Position numbers and translations under genes: made by a program. Below the pieces are notes generated by a model. The model worked only from the letters and a program-made list of their open reading frames with translations, did not search any database and was not told the DNA's origin. A DNA stretch of 64,000 nucleotides from Mytilus edulis. Taxonomy: Eukaryota. The stretch covers positions 62,000,001 to 62,064,000 of the forward strand of contig NC_092352.1 of NCBI RefSeq assembly GCF_963676685.1, given 5' to 3'. This document shows, piece by piece, positions 13,501 to 25,910 of this stretch. Positions within the stretch are counted from its first letter, which is position 1. Every line of letters starts with the position of its first letter.

Positions 13501-15144
13501 GCCACTATTGGCTCTCTATCTTCAGGCATACCTATAACATAATCTGGTTAACTCTTAGGAGTACGAACAGATAGAACGACGGACATGAACGGGACATACC
13601 GTGACAAGTTCATAGATATTGAATATAGAGAAAGTGCCGAAAAGAACTTCAGTCAAAATTGTTGTTTCTGTTTGTGTTATCTGAGGAAACACGATGGGAT
13701 ATCTATAATCTATTGCGTTTTTGTAGAAGTGTCGGACAAGATATCAATCATATGATTTCTTTTCCCCTGACACAGGTATCCATCATAAATGCATTTATCT
13801 TTACAAAATACTTTTATTATTGATTTGAACAGTCGTTTTTTTTTAAGTTTATGTATATCTTTTTGACTCAACAACTGTTTTTATGATTTTGTCCGATGTA
13901 ATAGCGTTGATCGTAGTGATATGAAAATGATTTAACGTATCATACTATTCATTACCAAAAGTCACTTCAGACGAATGCGCTATCCAATATCATGCGGCGA
14001 TCATGGTAACTCGGCACTGATATAATATTAATATACATATAGTTAAACTAGTAATGTAATGGTTTCTGGACTGGATCATGACTTGTTGATGAGGCAGTTA
14101 TAGCCATGCGAGTCGGGTTCAAGGTTGTTTTATCCAATAACCTCTGAATGATGAATATTAATGCAAGGTCATTGATATGTGGTATCGTTTTATCTATTTC
14201 TGTTCCTCCTTGGACAACTTATAGACTTTAAGTAGTTTTCAATCTGGATTGTGAAATCTATACCGACCGTTTCTGTTTCAGGACAGGCATCATGATATTT
14301 CAAGTTATGTTTATTACACATGCATGCAATATTGAAAAAAAAACATTGAGAAAGGCGATCGTTTTTTCTTTGTATATTTATTAAACAGTTCTGTAATAAA
14401 TATAAATCGTGATTTTAGACATACAACCTGTTTATTGCATCTGCCGTCTTCAAAATTTTGTTATAAGTTTATGGAAATTTCAAAACCATTACGAGTATTT
14501 TAAAGTATTTATCTTATCACACACAATTACCTTTCTTTCAACAATTAACAGAAAATTATTGTCTAAGAAATTGTGTTCATGTAAAAATTTACCAATTATA
14601 CGGTAATGAAATATAAGGTCAACTGACGCTGTTTGTCTGCTATCACTAAAATCAAGCCAATTTACTTCATTGTAGCTGTAATTTGAATCAAAAACAATCT
14701 TTAATTTAGAATAAAATTTGGGGACAATTCTTAATCTTATAAGTTCATATGTGATGATAAAGATAGTTAACACAAATTATAGAAATGCTGTGTCTTTATA
14801 TCAAATTAAATCCTTATTATCCTATCTTATGGTTATAATAGTGTTTGCAATTTAAATGTTATTTTTTATAAGTGTTTTCTAATTTTGAGGAATTCCATTG
14901 TAGGCGTGGATAACATATCTCTATAAGAGATCTGAGATTATCACGGTTATTGATGGAATTCGTGTTGCTCTTTTGCAGTTTTTTTTTTTTGGGGGGGGGG
15001 GGGTTGTAGTTTGTCTATTGAATCATTAACGTATATTCGATATCCATTTTATTCAAATTAAGAATAGAAATGCAGTTTAGTTTTAGATTTTTGAATTCAT
15101 TTCGTCATATCTTAATACGGTAATGATTAGCTGTAACTGTTGCA

Positions 15145-15275
15145 AATGTCAGTTTTCCAACCAAAAGTCGGTGGTTCTCTCAGGGCACTCTGGTTCCCTC
15201 AACCAATAAAAAGTTACCGCCACGAAATAGCACAATAGTGCAAATTGACGTTCAACACTTATCAATCAATCATCC
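15145..15275 (+). mobile_element. SINE fragment, V-domain-like
   Basis: 'gtcggtggttctctcagggcactctggttccctcaaccaataaa..accgccacga' with an (atca)n tail resembles the V-SINE core as I recall it. Confidence 0.5.
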
Positions 15276-15848
15276 ATCCGGTTGCAAATGACGTTAAATT
15301 ACTATAAAAAATCTTTATTATTTAGTTTCCGTAATTTGGCTTAATTTTTCTTGTATATATTATAGAGTTGTTCCATATGCAATCATACCAAATCTTCTTA
15401 TTTTCATATTGACAATAGAAACAACTCAAACATTGAAATTGCAAAGCATTCTACTGATTTGTCATCTATTTTTGTGATATTTCTTTTTTGAATTCAAATC
15501 CTTAAAATATCTGAAATTTCAAAATATAAGTGTAATTGTCTAATCTGATTCTATACTTCCGGTTTCTTTCTGTTTACTTTCTTTCTATCTATAGATATAG
15601 CAAGATGTGGTATAAGTGCCAATGAGTCAACTCTCCATCCAAGTAACAATTTATAAAAGTAAACCATTATAGGTCCAGGTACGGCCTTCAACACGTAACA
15701 TAGGCTCACACCGAACAGCAAAGGGCCCCAAAAATTACTAGTGTAAAACCATTCAAACGGGAAAACCAACGGTCTTATCTATATAAAAACGAGAAACGAG
15801 AAACACTTAGGACAGGCGCAAACAATATGCCATACTACCGTATAGTTG

Positions 15849-16846
15849 GTACCGGCGTTTCACGTTTCCGCAATTTGGCACTACGTTTCTGCATATAAAT
15901 TCCTACGTTTCCGCATTTTTGTAGTACTCTTTTCCGCATTATTTTTACATTGATTTTGTTAAAGGTTATTTACGTTTCCGCATTTTTATTTTTAATGTAT
16001 GCCTATTCCGTTTGCCAGGTAAACTTGAGGCGTGTTCTTGTTCTTCGGTGGTGTTTGGTGTTTAGCACTACTTAAAACACTATTGGGTTATTCTGGTATT
16101 ATTATTCGTCTTGATATGTCGCTTATGCCTATTTTTCGTTTTTTATTGTAAATTGATTGATTGTTTGTTTGTTTGTTCCTATATTTTTTTACGCCCAATC
16201 ACAAATATTTCACGGGAGTTCAAATCAGTGTGAAGTGGATGTAAGCAATCTTTAGGCCTTCATCAATGACAAACCCGATACTGTAAAGTCGTATAGAAAG
16301 CCCCGACATTAAAACTGTGAAAAAATTCAAACTAAAAAACAAATTGTCAAATTATACATAACAAAACACTTTACAAAATATCAAATATGAGTAGAGACAT
16401 GAACCATCGACAACCACTGAACTACAGGATCATGACTTAGGACAGGAACAGTAAAGAATATGAAAGGCTAGGGTTGATATAAAAACAAAGATTTGGTATG
16501 ATGTCAATGAGACAACATTCCACAAGAGACTAAACCACACAGAAATTAACAGCTTTATATAATATACATGTCGAAGGAATCATGTTCATCATAATAAAAT
16601 ACAAATAAAAAAAAACACTTTGATAAAATAAAGTCTTATCTATCATTACCATTTTTTACAGGTGAAATACAGGTAAAAATGTGGAAAATATAATGTAGTA
16701 TTCATTTTTTGCGGAAAAGTAATGCACAAAAATGTGGGAAACGTAAAACTGGATTTTTGCTAAATTTGCGGAAAAGTAATGCACAAAAATGTGGAAACGT
16801 AAAAATGGATTTTTGCTAAATTTGCGGAAACGTCATACGCCCGTTC
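15849..16846. mobile_element. Non-autonomous TIR element with subterminal 'acgtttccgca' repeats (possibly MULE-like)
   Basis: Left 'accggcgtttcacgtttccgcaattt' and right 'aaatttgcggaaacgtcatacgcccgt' are inverted. The motif repeats in opposite orientation at the two ends. No clear TSD. A nested repeat lies at ~16250-16560. Confidence 0.7.
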
Positions 16847-17129
16847 GCACAATATTCAGCTTGAATAAAGCACGATGCGTAAAACTCTTCATTCAGTTTT
16901 TTTTATAGAGTGATATTTTCATTCTGACAAATCATTTAAATTTAAAGATATCTTTCTTTCAAAATAAATTGCTAACATCTTTTATGTTTAAATTTGATGA
17001 TAACCTCTCAGCACTTTCTTTGTGTGTATCTTATTTTTATACACGCACTACAGCAAAATTAGAAATCAAAATTAAATCGCTTTCATTGTATGCGCACTAT
17101 CAATCGGAAGGAATGCATCTTCAATCTTA

Positions 17130-20100
17130 CAGTTGGGTGCAGACCAAGCATTACATAAAGTAAACGCAAGTTAACGCCGCGTGCACATATTTCGTTAGTT
17201 AACTTCAAATCTCCCGTTTACTAGTAAACGCACGTTTACTATAATTACGTTAACGTGGTCGAAATGGAAATTTCTAATGTCTACCCTAGTAAACGGGCGT
17301 TTACTATGTGTCCGTTTAGTCAGTAGTAAACGGGCGTTTACTTCAGAATTCTTCAAATTTATTTTTACGTGCACTTAAAAGTAAACGGGCGTTTAGTACA
17401 GATTTTACAAGTGTATTTTTACGTGCACTTGAAAGTAAACGCACGTTTACTTTTCGCGTTAACTGATTGGGTAAATTTAGAAATAAACTTCAAGTTCATT
17501 TGCACATTTATTTTATAAAAGCGACCTTTAGTCTTTATATTTCACCTAGTATTTCACGTATATGTGTTTCAAACCAGAACAATTCAAAAACTCTTTTAAT
17601 TCGAAATATTAAATTACACAAAATCGCTTTCATAAAGTCCATTAACTTTACTGATTGGCAGATTTTCTATATTTTCCTTTCAAAAGTTACATGTGCAAAT
17701 ATCGATACGGAAAGAAAGGTTATCCGAGACATCGGGATAATATTTTTATATGATGGGATATAAACATCATGGTTTACGTTGTTTCTTTCCCCGTTTATAA
17801 TTGTCTCTTCGAATTCCTAACTATAACTCGGTGTATTTAATACATTAATTTTTAATCGAAATTCACCTTGTTTGCCTTGGATTAACATGATAAGATTCTG
17901 TTTTGACAAATGATAAAAAAAAAACGTAAATTGAACAGTATATTGAAAGGGATATCAATAAAGTGTAATATAAGTATGTTCATTTGTACCATCTCGTCAA
18001 TTAAAATGTTCAAATATTGCTATCTTTACATTGATATATAACTCATTTACTATGCGGCTATATAAATTTACATAATAGAATGCTTATATGGTCAGTTTTT
18101 GGTTGTTGTGGACAAATAATTTTATTACATGAGTCAGTCTGAGGTATGAAAACTACTGAATTTTGTTTACGATTCAATATTTTCAATAAAAAAAGGACAT
18201 GCTGGCACTCTAAATTGATGCGAACACATTTTTTTAGTCATAATATTCAAATATTGCTACCTATTTTCTTATACAATCAATCCTTACATGAAAATATAGC
18301 TCATTTACTATGCGGCTATATAGATTTACATAAGCAAATGCTTATATGGTAAGTTTTGGTTGTTGCGGACAAATAATTTTATATGAGTCAGTCTAAGGTA
18401 TGAAAACTACTGAATTTTGTTTACGATTCAATATTTTCAATAAAAAAAGGACATGCTGGCACTCTAAATTGATGCGAACACATTTTTTTAGTCATAATAT
18501 TCAAATATTGCTACCTATTTTCTTATACAATCAATCCTTACATGAAAATATAGCTCATTTACTATGCGGCTATATAGATTTACATAAGCAAATGCTTATA
18601 TGGTAAGTTTTGGTTGTTGCGGACAAATAATTTTATTATATGAGTCAGTCTGAGGTATGAAAACTACTGAATTTTGTTTACGATTCAATATTTTGAATAA
18701 AAAAAGGACATGCTGGCACTCTAAATTGATGCGAACAAAATTTTTTAGTCATAATATTCAAATATTGCTACCTATTTTCTTATACAATCAATCCTTACAT
18801 GAAAATATAACTCATTTACTATGTGGCTATATAGATTTACATAATAAAATGCTTATATGGTAAGTTTTGGTTGTTGCGGACAAATAATTTTATTATATGA
18901 GTCAGTCTGAGGTATGAAAACTACTGAATTTTGTTTACGATTCAATATTTTCAATAAAAAAAGGACATGCCGGCACTCTAAATTGATGCGAACACATTTT
19001 TTTAGTCATACTATTCAAATATTGCTACCTATTTTCTTATACAATCAATCCTTACATGAAAATATAGCTCATTTACTATGCGGCTATATAGATTTACATA
19101 AGCAAATGCTTATATGGTCAGTTTTGGTTGTTGCGGACAAATAATTTTATTATATGAGTCAGTCTGAGGTATGAAAACTACTGAATTTTGTTTATGATTC
19201 AATATTTTGAATAAAAGAAGAACATGCTGGCACTCTAAATTGATGCGAACAAAATTTTTTAGTCATAATATTCAAATATTGCTACCTATTTTCTTATACA
19301 ATCAATCCTTACATGAAAATATAACTCATTTACTATGCGGCTATATAGATTTACATAATAAAATGCTTATATGGTCAGTTTTGGTTGTTGTGGACAAATA
19401 ATTTTATTACATGAGTCAGTCTGAGGTATGAAAACTACTGAATTTTGTTTATGATTCAATATTTTGAATAAAAGAAGAACATGCTGGCACTCTAAATTGA
19501 TGCGAACAAAATTTTTTAGTCATAATATTCAAATATTGCTACCTATTTTCTTATACAATCAATCCTTACATGAAAATATAACTCATTTACTATGCGGCTA
19601 TATAGATTTACATAATAAAATGCTTATATGGTCAGTTTTGGTTGTTGCGCACAAATAATTTTATTATATGAGTCAGTCTGAGGTATGAAAACTACTGAAT
19701 TTTGTTTACGATTCAATATTTTAAATAAAAAAGGACATGCTGGCACTCTAAATTGATGGGAACAAAATTTTTTAAATCATAATATTCAAATATTACTTCC
19801 TTTTTTATTATACAATCAATCCTTACTTGAAAATATAACTCATTTACTATGCAGCTATATAGATTTACATACTAGAATGCTTATATGGTCAGTTTTGGTT
19901 GTTGTGGACAAATATTTTTATTATATGAGTCAGTCTGAGGTATCAAAACTACTGAATTTTGTTTACGATTCAATATTTTGAATAAAAAAGGACATGGTGG
20001 CACTCTAAATTGATGCGAATAAAATTTTGCAATCATAATGTTCAAATATTGCTACCTATTTTCTTATACAATCAATCCTTACATGAAAATATAACTCATT

Positions 20101-22422
20101 TACTATGCGGCTATATAGATTTACATAATAAAATGCTTATATGGTCAGATTTGGTTGTTGCGGACAAATAATTTTATTATATGAGTCAGTCTGAGGTATG
20201 AAAACTACTGAATTTTGTTTACGATTCAATATTTTAAATAAAAAAAGGACATGCTGGCACTCTAAATTGATGCGAACAAATTTTTTTAATCATAATATTC
20301 AAATATTACTACCTTTTTTATTATACAATCAATCCTTACTTGAAAATATAACTCATTATTATGCGGCTATATAGATTAACATACTAGAATGCTTATATGG
20401 TCAGTTTTGGTTGTTGCAGGCAAATATTTTTATTAAATGAGTCAGTCTGAGGTATGAAAACTACTGAATTTTGTTTACGCTTCAATATTTTGAATAAAAA
20501 AGGACATGCTGGCACTCTAAATTGATGCGAAGAAAATTTTGTAATCATAATATTCAAATATTGCTACCTATTTTCTTATACAATCAATCCTTACATGAAA
20601 ATATAGCTCATTTACTATGCGGCTATATAGATTTACATAAGCAAATGCTTATATGGTCAGTTTTGGTTGTTGCGGACAAATAATTTTATTATATGAGTCA
20701 GTCTGAGGTATGAAAACTACTGAATTTTGTTTACGATTCAATATTTTGAATAAAAAAGGACATGCTGGCACTCTAAATTGATGCGAACAAAATTTTTTAG
20801 TCATAATATTCAAATATTGCTACCTATTTTCTTATACAATAAATCCTTACTTGAAAATATAACTCATTTACTATGCGGCTATATAGATTTACATAATTAA
20901 ATGCTTATATGGTCAGTTTTGGTTGTTGCGGGCAAATAATTTTATTATATGAGTCAGTCTGAGGTATGAAAACTACTGAATTTTGTTTACAATTCAATAT
21001 TTTAAATAAAAAAAGGACATGCTGGCACTCTAAATTGATGCGAACAACATTTTTTAGTCATAATATTCAAATATTGCTACCTATTTTCTTATACAATCAA
21101 TCCTTACATGAAAATATAACTCATTTACTATGTGGCTATATAGATTTACATAATAAAATGCTTATATGGTCAGTTTTGGTCGTTGCGGACAAATAATTTT
21201 ATTATATGAGTCAGTCTGAGGTATGAAAACTACTGAATTTTGTTTACGATTCAATATTTTAAATAAAAAAAGGACATGCTGGCACTCTAAATTGATGCTA
21301 ACAAACTTTTTTAGTCATAATATTCAAATATTGCTACATATTTTCTTATTCAATCAATCCTTACATGAAAATATAACTAATTTACTATGCAGCTATATAG
21401 ATTTACATATTAAAATGCTTATATGTTCAGTTTTTGTTGTTGCGGACAAATTATTTTATTACATGAGTAAGTCTGAGGTATGAAAACTTCTGATTTTTTT
21501 TTACGATTCAATATTTTGAATAAAAAAGTACATGCTGGCAATCTAAATTGATGCGAACAAAATTTTTTAGTCATAATATTCAAATATTGCTACCTAATAA
21601 TAATTATATATTACGAGTTAGTCTGATGTATGAAAACTACTGAATTTTGTTTACTATTCAATATTTTAAATAAAAAGAGGTCATCGCCGTCAGGCTGGTA
21701 CAAAAATTGCTGTCAATTGCTTTATATAGTCAATTATGGCATAAAAATATAACTTAATTACTTCTATATAGAATAAGATAACTTGTTAAGAGGTAAATAT
21801 TGTCAGTTGTGGTGAATGATATCAAAAAGTTTTGTTTTACGAGTCAGTCTGTCTAAGATGAGAAAACTGTTTGATTTTGGTGAGGATTAAATTACATGTA
21901 TTTGAATAAACATACTTAAACTATTATTTGCGAAGAACAAGAAATTTACTATAATTATTGTTCAATTAAATACAAATGTGTGACATTTTTAAATAACTGT
22001 AATCGTCAATATGTCAAGCAGAAATGACCACTTGGTCAATTAATTTTGATGTTCCTTATCATTTCATATTTTAGGTCAGTGTATCCAAGTTACGATGACA
22101 ATCTGCGTTAACGGGCGTTTACTACAAACAGTAAACGCGCGTTTACTTATTACAAAAATAGAAGACGCGCCTTTTTCCACGTTAACGCGGAGGTAAACGG
22201 AAAAGTAAACGCCCGTTTACTCTTTACAAAATTAGAAGACTCGCCGTTTTTGCGTTAACGCGGAGGTAAACGCGAAAGTAAACGCCCGTTTACTTTTAAT
22301 GTCTACTGCAATTTCGGAGTTAACGCACAGTTAACGCGGCGTTTACATGAAGTGCACGCGAGTAAACGCCGCGTTAACTTTTTCGGCCCGTCTACACGTA
22401 ATGCTTGGTCTGCACCCAACTG
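17130..22422. mobile_element. 5.3-kb non-autonomous TIR transposon (TA TSD, CAGT termini, Tc1/mariner-like) containing a satellite array
   Basis: Perfect 25-bp TIR cagttgggtgcagaccaagcattac at 17130-17154 and 22398-22422. TA on both flanks. No transposase recognised. Confidence 0.9.
18040..21680. repeat. Tandem satellite, ~257-bp monomer, about 14 copies plus partial and diverged edge copies
   Basis: 'gagtcagtctgaggtatgaaaactactgaattttgttt' recurs every 254-257 bp (ATG at 18146, 18400, 18657, 18914 ... 20966, 21223, 21480). Confidence 0.98.
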
Positions 22423-24369
22423 TATCTCTCTATTATGCAATTTATTTACTGATTTAAAGAATTCTGTTATCTGTGAACTGCATGTACAGTATTGCAGACC
22501 TGTTTATAAGATCATCTATTATTTCTTTTATTTGCAAAGTTTCTATTTACGAACAATCTTAATGATACTTTGCAACATTATTCACACGTAACATGATCAA
22601 AGCAAACTTAAATATTTTCAATAGTTGAATTGAAGATGTACATTTGTAGATCATAGTGCCAATATAAACAGTATTATCAAAGTAACAAGAATCCAAACAA
22701 ACATCGGTAATTGATTCCACAGGAACATGATGAAAAACAGAATAAGGAAGATTTTAAGTTTTAAGTGTTTTAGATAACAAGGAAATTCAAATGATATCGG
22801 TGCACCTGGCCTTATTTTACTTCCTGCTGGGTTTCCCGCATTGTCATAAATACATGTAGTTAAAGCGATATTTGAAAGGAGACGCAACAACCAATATTTC
22901 TTAGAAAAATACAATGTATTGTATTGTGTGAAGGTTACGACAAACCAATTGCCCATTATTAATCCTCGTCAGATTAAATTTAACTCAAAATTGACGCTTT
23001 TAGAGTTGACATTGTTGTCAAATTGTAAACTTTGGTTTTTTTTTTCTTGTATTCTGTCTGCTCCGTTATATTTTTCCAAATACTTTGCCTGATGAACCTA
23101 TTTTCGCATGTTATTTTTATAGTTTGTGTTTTGCAAGACTGGCAAAGTTTTCTAATCGCCAACCTCAAATGCACCATTCATTCATGAGTTTGATTGATAA
23201 TTCCAAAGAGGAAAACATTCGATACATATTTAGGACGAGACAATGTCAAATTTCAAATTATTACAAAAGGTACATTCATGTAGGCTATGCAAGGCCTGCA
23301 TTATGTAAATTTGAACTGCAGCTGAAACATTTTGTTGTGTGGGAAAGGAACATTAAATTCCTCTTTGCAATAGGCCGAGTTCGGACTCTTAATAGAGTTG
23401 TTTAAAGGGTTCGTTAACGTGCAAGAAGAATTGCTTCCCCCCTAAACGAAATATCTGACTTGACGTCCCCGTTCCGACTGACCGTACATTGTACATAATG
23501 TGTTTTTATCAAAATTACATTTTTACTGTTGCTGTTACATTGTACAACTGATCATTAAGCAAGACATTGTAACAAAACTACATTGTATCTAGATATCTCA
23601 CAAAAATATTGGTTTATTTTATCCTAAATGAAACCCTGTCATACATAATTAATTTAATCTCCTTTTGAACATGTCAGTTTCCTGTCTGAGGTTATTGGCC
23701 GTTCTATGATAATTCGTCAATCTTTTGATCTTCCATTATAATCAATAATTACAAATGTATACAGTATTTAGGAAATTATTAAGTTTGAAGATCATTTACC
23801 GCAATATCCTGTACATCCTTTAATAGTGGATAACAAATTGAATTGATGAATGAATCTTCAAAGTATTTTTAAACAACCATATAGTTATAGAAGTATTTTC
23901 ATCGCAATTTCAATAGTTTAGTTGAAAAAATAAATCATTCAAAACTAAATACTGAATACTTTCTTATATATATGCAGGACATTTTCAGATAAACGATAGA
24001 AAATTCATTTTAATAAATATATTACAAGAAATCTTTTCAATATACACCCGGTCATGGAGAAATATCTAAATTGTTATACTGCAACTAGTTGATGCGTTGT
24101 AATTGTACTCGGCGCAAAAACTGGGTAAGGGCTTGGTAGAACCTAGCCCTTCCCCTGTTTCTCAGCCTCATACAAAAAAGTTTATATTTTCCTGACATTG
24201 ACCTAATATTGTATATCTTACCAACTTCTTTTCTTCTTTAAATCACAGTAATCTTTTTTTAAGTTTCCTTCTTGTATTGGATGGAAGTTATAATTTGAGA
24301 CGAGTTACTTCCCTTTCCTGAAAGGAACACGGATTTGCTGCTCAGGATTTCCGATTCCGATTGAGAACG

Positions 24370-24455
24370 ACAATCTCCCATGCAGAGTTATCGGTCCTTT
24401 CTTTGCAGAGTTATCGGTCCTTTATAAGGGCCGATAACTCTGCATGGGAGATTGT
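24370..24455. repeat. Inverted repeat with an internal 20-bp duplication
   Basis: acaatctcccatgcagagttatcgg pairs with ccgataactctgcatgggagattgt; 'tgcagagttatcggtccttt' is present twice. Confidence 0.9.
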
Positions 24456-25619
24456 TGAGGACGATTCTATTAATTTAAATCAAACTGAATATTTAGAAAC
24501 AATTTCAGGTCTTTTTCATACTTCAAGGAAAGTGAAGATATAATTGCATATCGATGTAATTAACTATTTATTTTGGCATTTTAAGCTCTTCTTTGTAGTG
24601 TGTAAGGGTTACACCCAAGGAAGGGGAATAAGTCGTATAAATTACTAATGTATTGTCAAATTTAGGCTTTGAAAAATAACTTTGAAGGTATATGAAAAAG
24701 AAATTTTACAAATTCGAATAGTGTTAAAATACAATTATGAAGTTTTAACAATAGCGTGACATTACTTCCAGTATTCATTTAATAAATACATTTATAATTC
24801 TGTATCCAATTGTCGTAAATAATGCATGATTTAACAATACTTTTTACATTATTCAATGTCACTTCAAAATAATAGAATGTAAGGAACTAAATTGTTATTC
24901 AGAACAATAAACCAAATCAATTCAATTTCATCTTTTAAATAACGAAAATAACTTTCAAATAGTTGCGTAGTAATTATTTTCTTGTATAAACTGAGCCCTG
25001 ATTACATGTAGAAAAATATAACATTCTTCGGTATCTTAAACATTTTAATTGGACGTCTGGTTTTGTTATAAACTATAAAATTCTGATATTTCAAAAATTT
25101 ACTTAAGTATGCATTAACAATGTATGTATTGAAGCAAAATTATTTGATAATCTAATTAAATAATTTTGAAATTTTTTTTGACAGTCTTTGTTTATTACTA
25201 TTATATTTGCGTAGGATAGACACATCTGTTAGACAAATATCTATACAAAGTCTGTAACTGTCTGAAAATTGAGTTGCTATAAGAACCCTATGAAACAAAA
25301 TAAAATTATACTTCAATCTTTACTAAGCATCATAGTTGCCGAGATTCTTAACCAGCTGTTACAATATCATTTCCAAGTACCAACCTTTTAGTTAGTGTGA
25401 GCGAATGATACGACAAAATGTATCATCCTTTATCTAGCGTAATACATCATATGTTACAAATCAAATATGAAATTTGAAAACTTAATCTTTATTTACGCTT
25501 CTCAAATAACAGATTTAATGTTGATTTATTATAAATAAACATATTACATAACCGCTATTTGGAAATGTTTTTATTTTTTTCAATTACGTGTTACCCTTTC
25601 TAAATAACGATTATTTTTT

Positions 25620-25910
25620 TAGTTCTCTGTTGCTCAATCTTTAGTTTTCTGTGGCTCAATCTTTAGTTTTCTGTGGCTCAATCTTTAGTTTTCTGTTGCT
25701 CAATCTTTAGTTTTCTGTGGCTCAATCTTTAGTTTTCGGTGGCTCAATCTTTACTTTTCTTTTACTCAATCTTTAGTTTTCGGTGGCTCAATCTTTAGTT
25801 TTCTGTGGCTCAATCTTTAGTTTTCGGTGGCTCAATCTTTACTTTTCTTTTACTCAATCTTTAGTTTTCTGTGGCTCAATCTTCAGTTTTCCGTTGCTCA
25901 GTCTTTAGTT
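25620..25910. repeat. 22-bp minisatellite (gctcaatctttagttttctgtg), about 13 copies
   Basis: Tandem units seen directly; a variant unit recurs at 88-bp spacing. Confidence 0.97.

Noticed and set aside
18146-21483. Repeated 64-86-aa ORFs (MKTTEFCLRF..) as a tandem gene family or CRISPR-like array
   Set aside because: They are satellite monomers. Several units are frameshifted in A/T runs or have stops, and there are no unique spacers.
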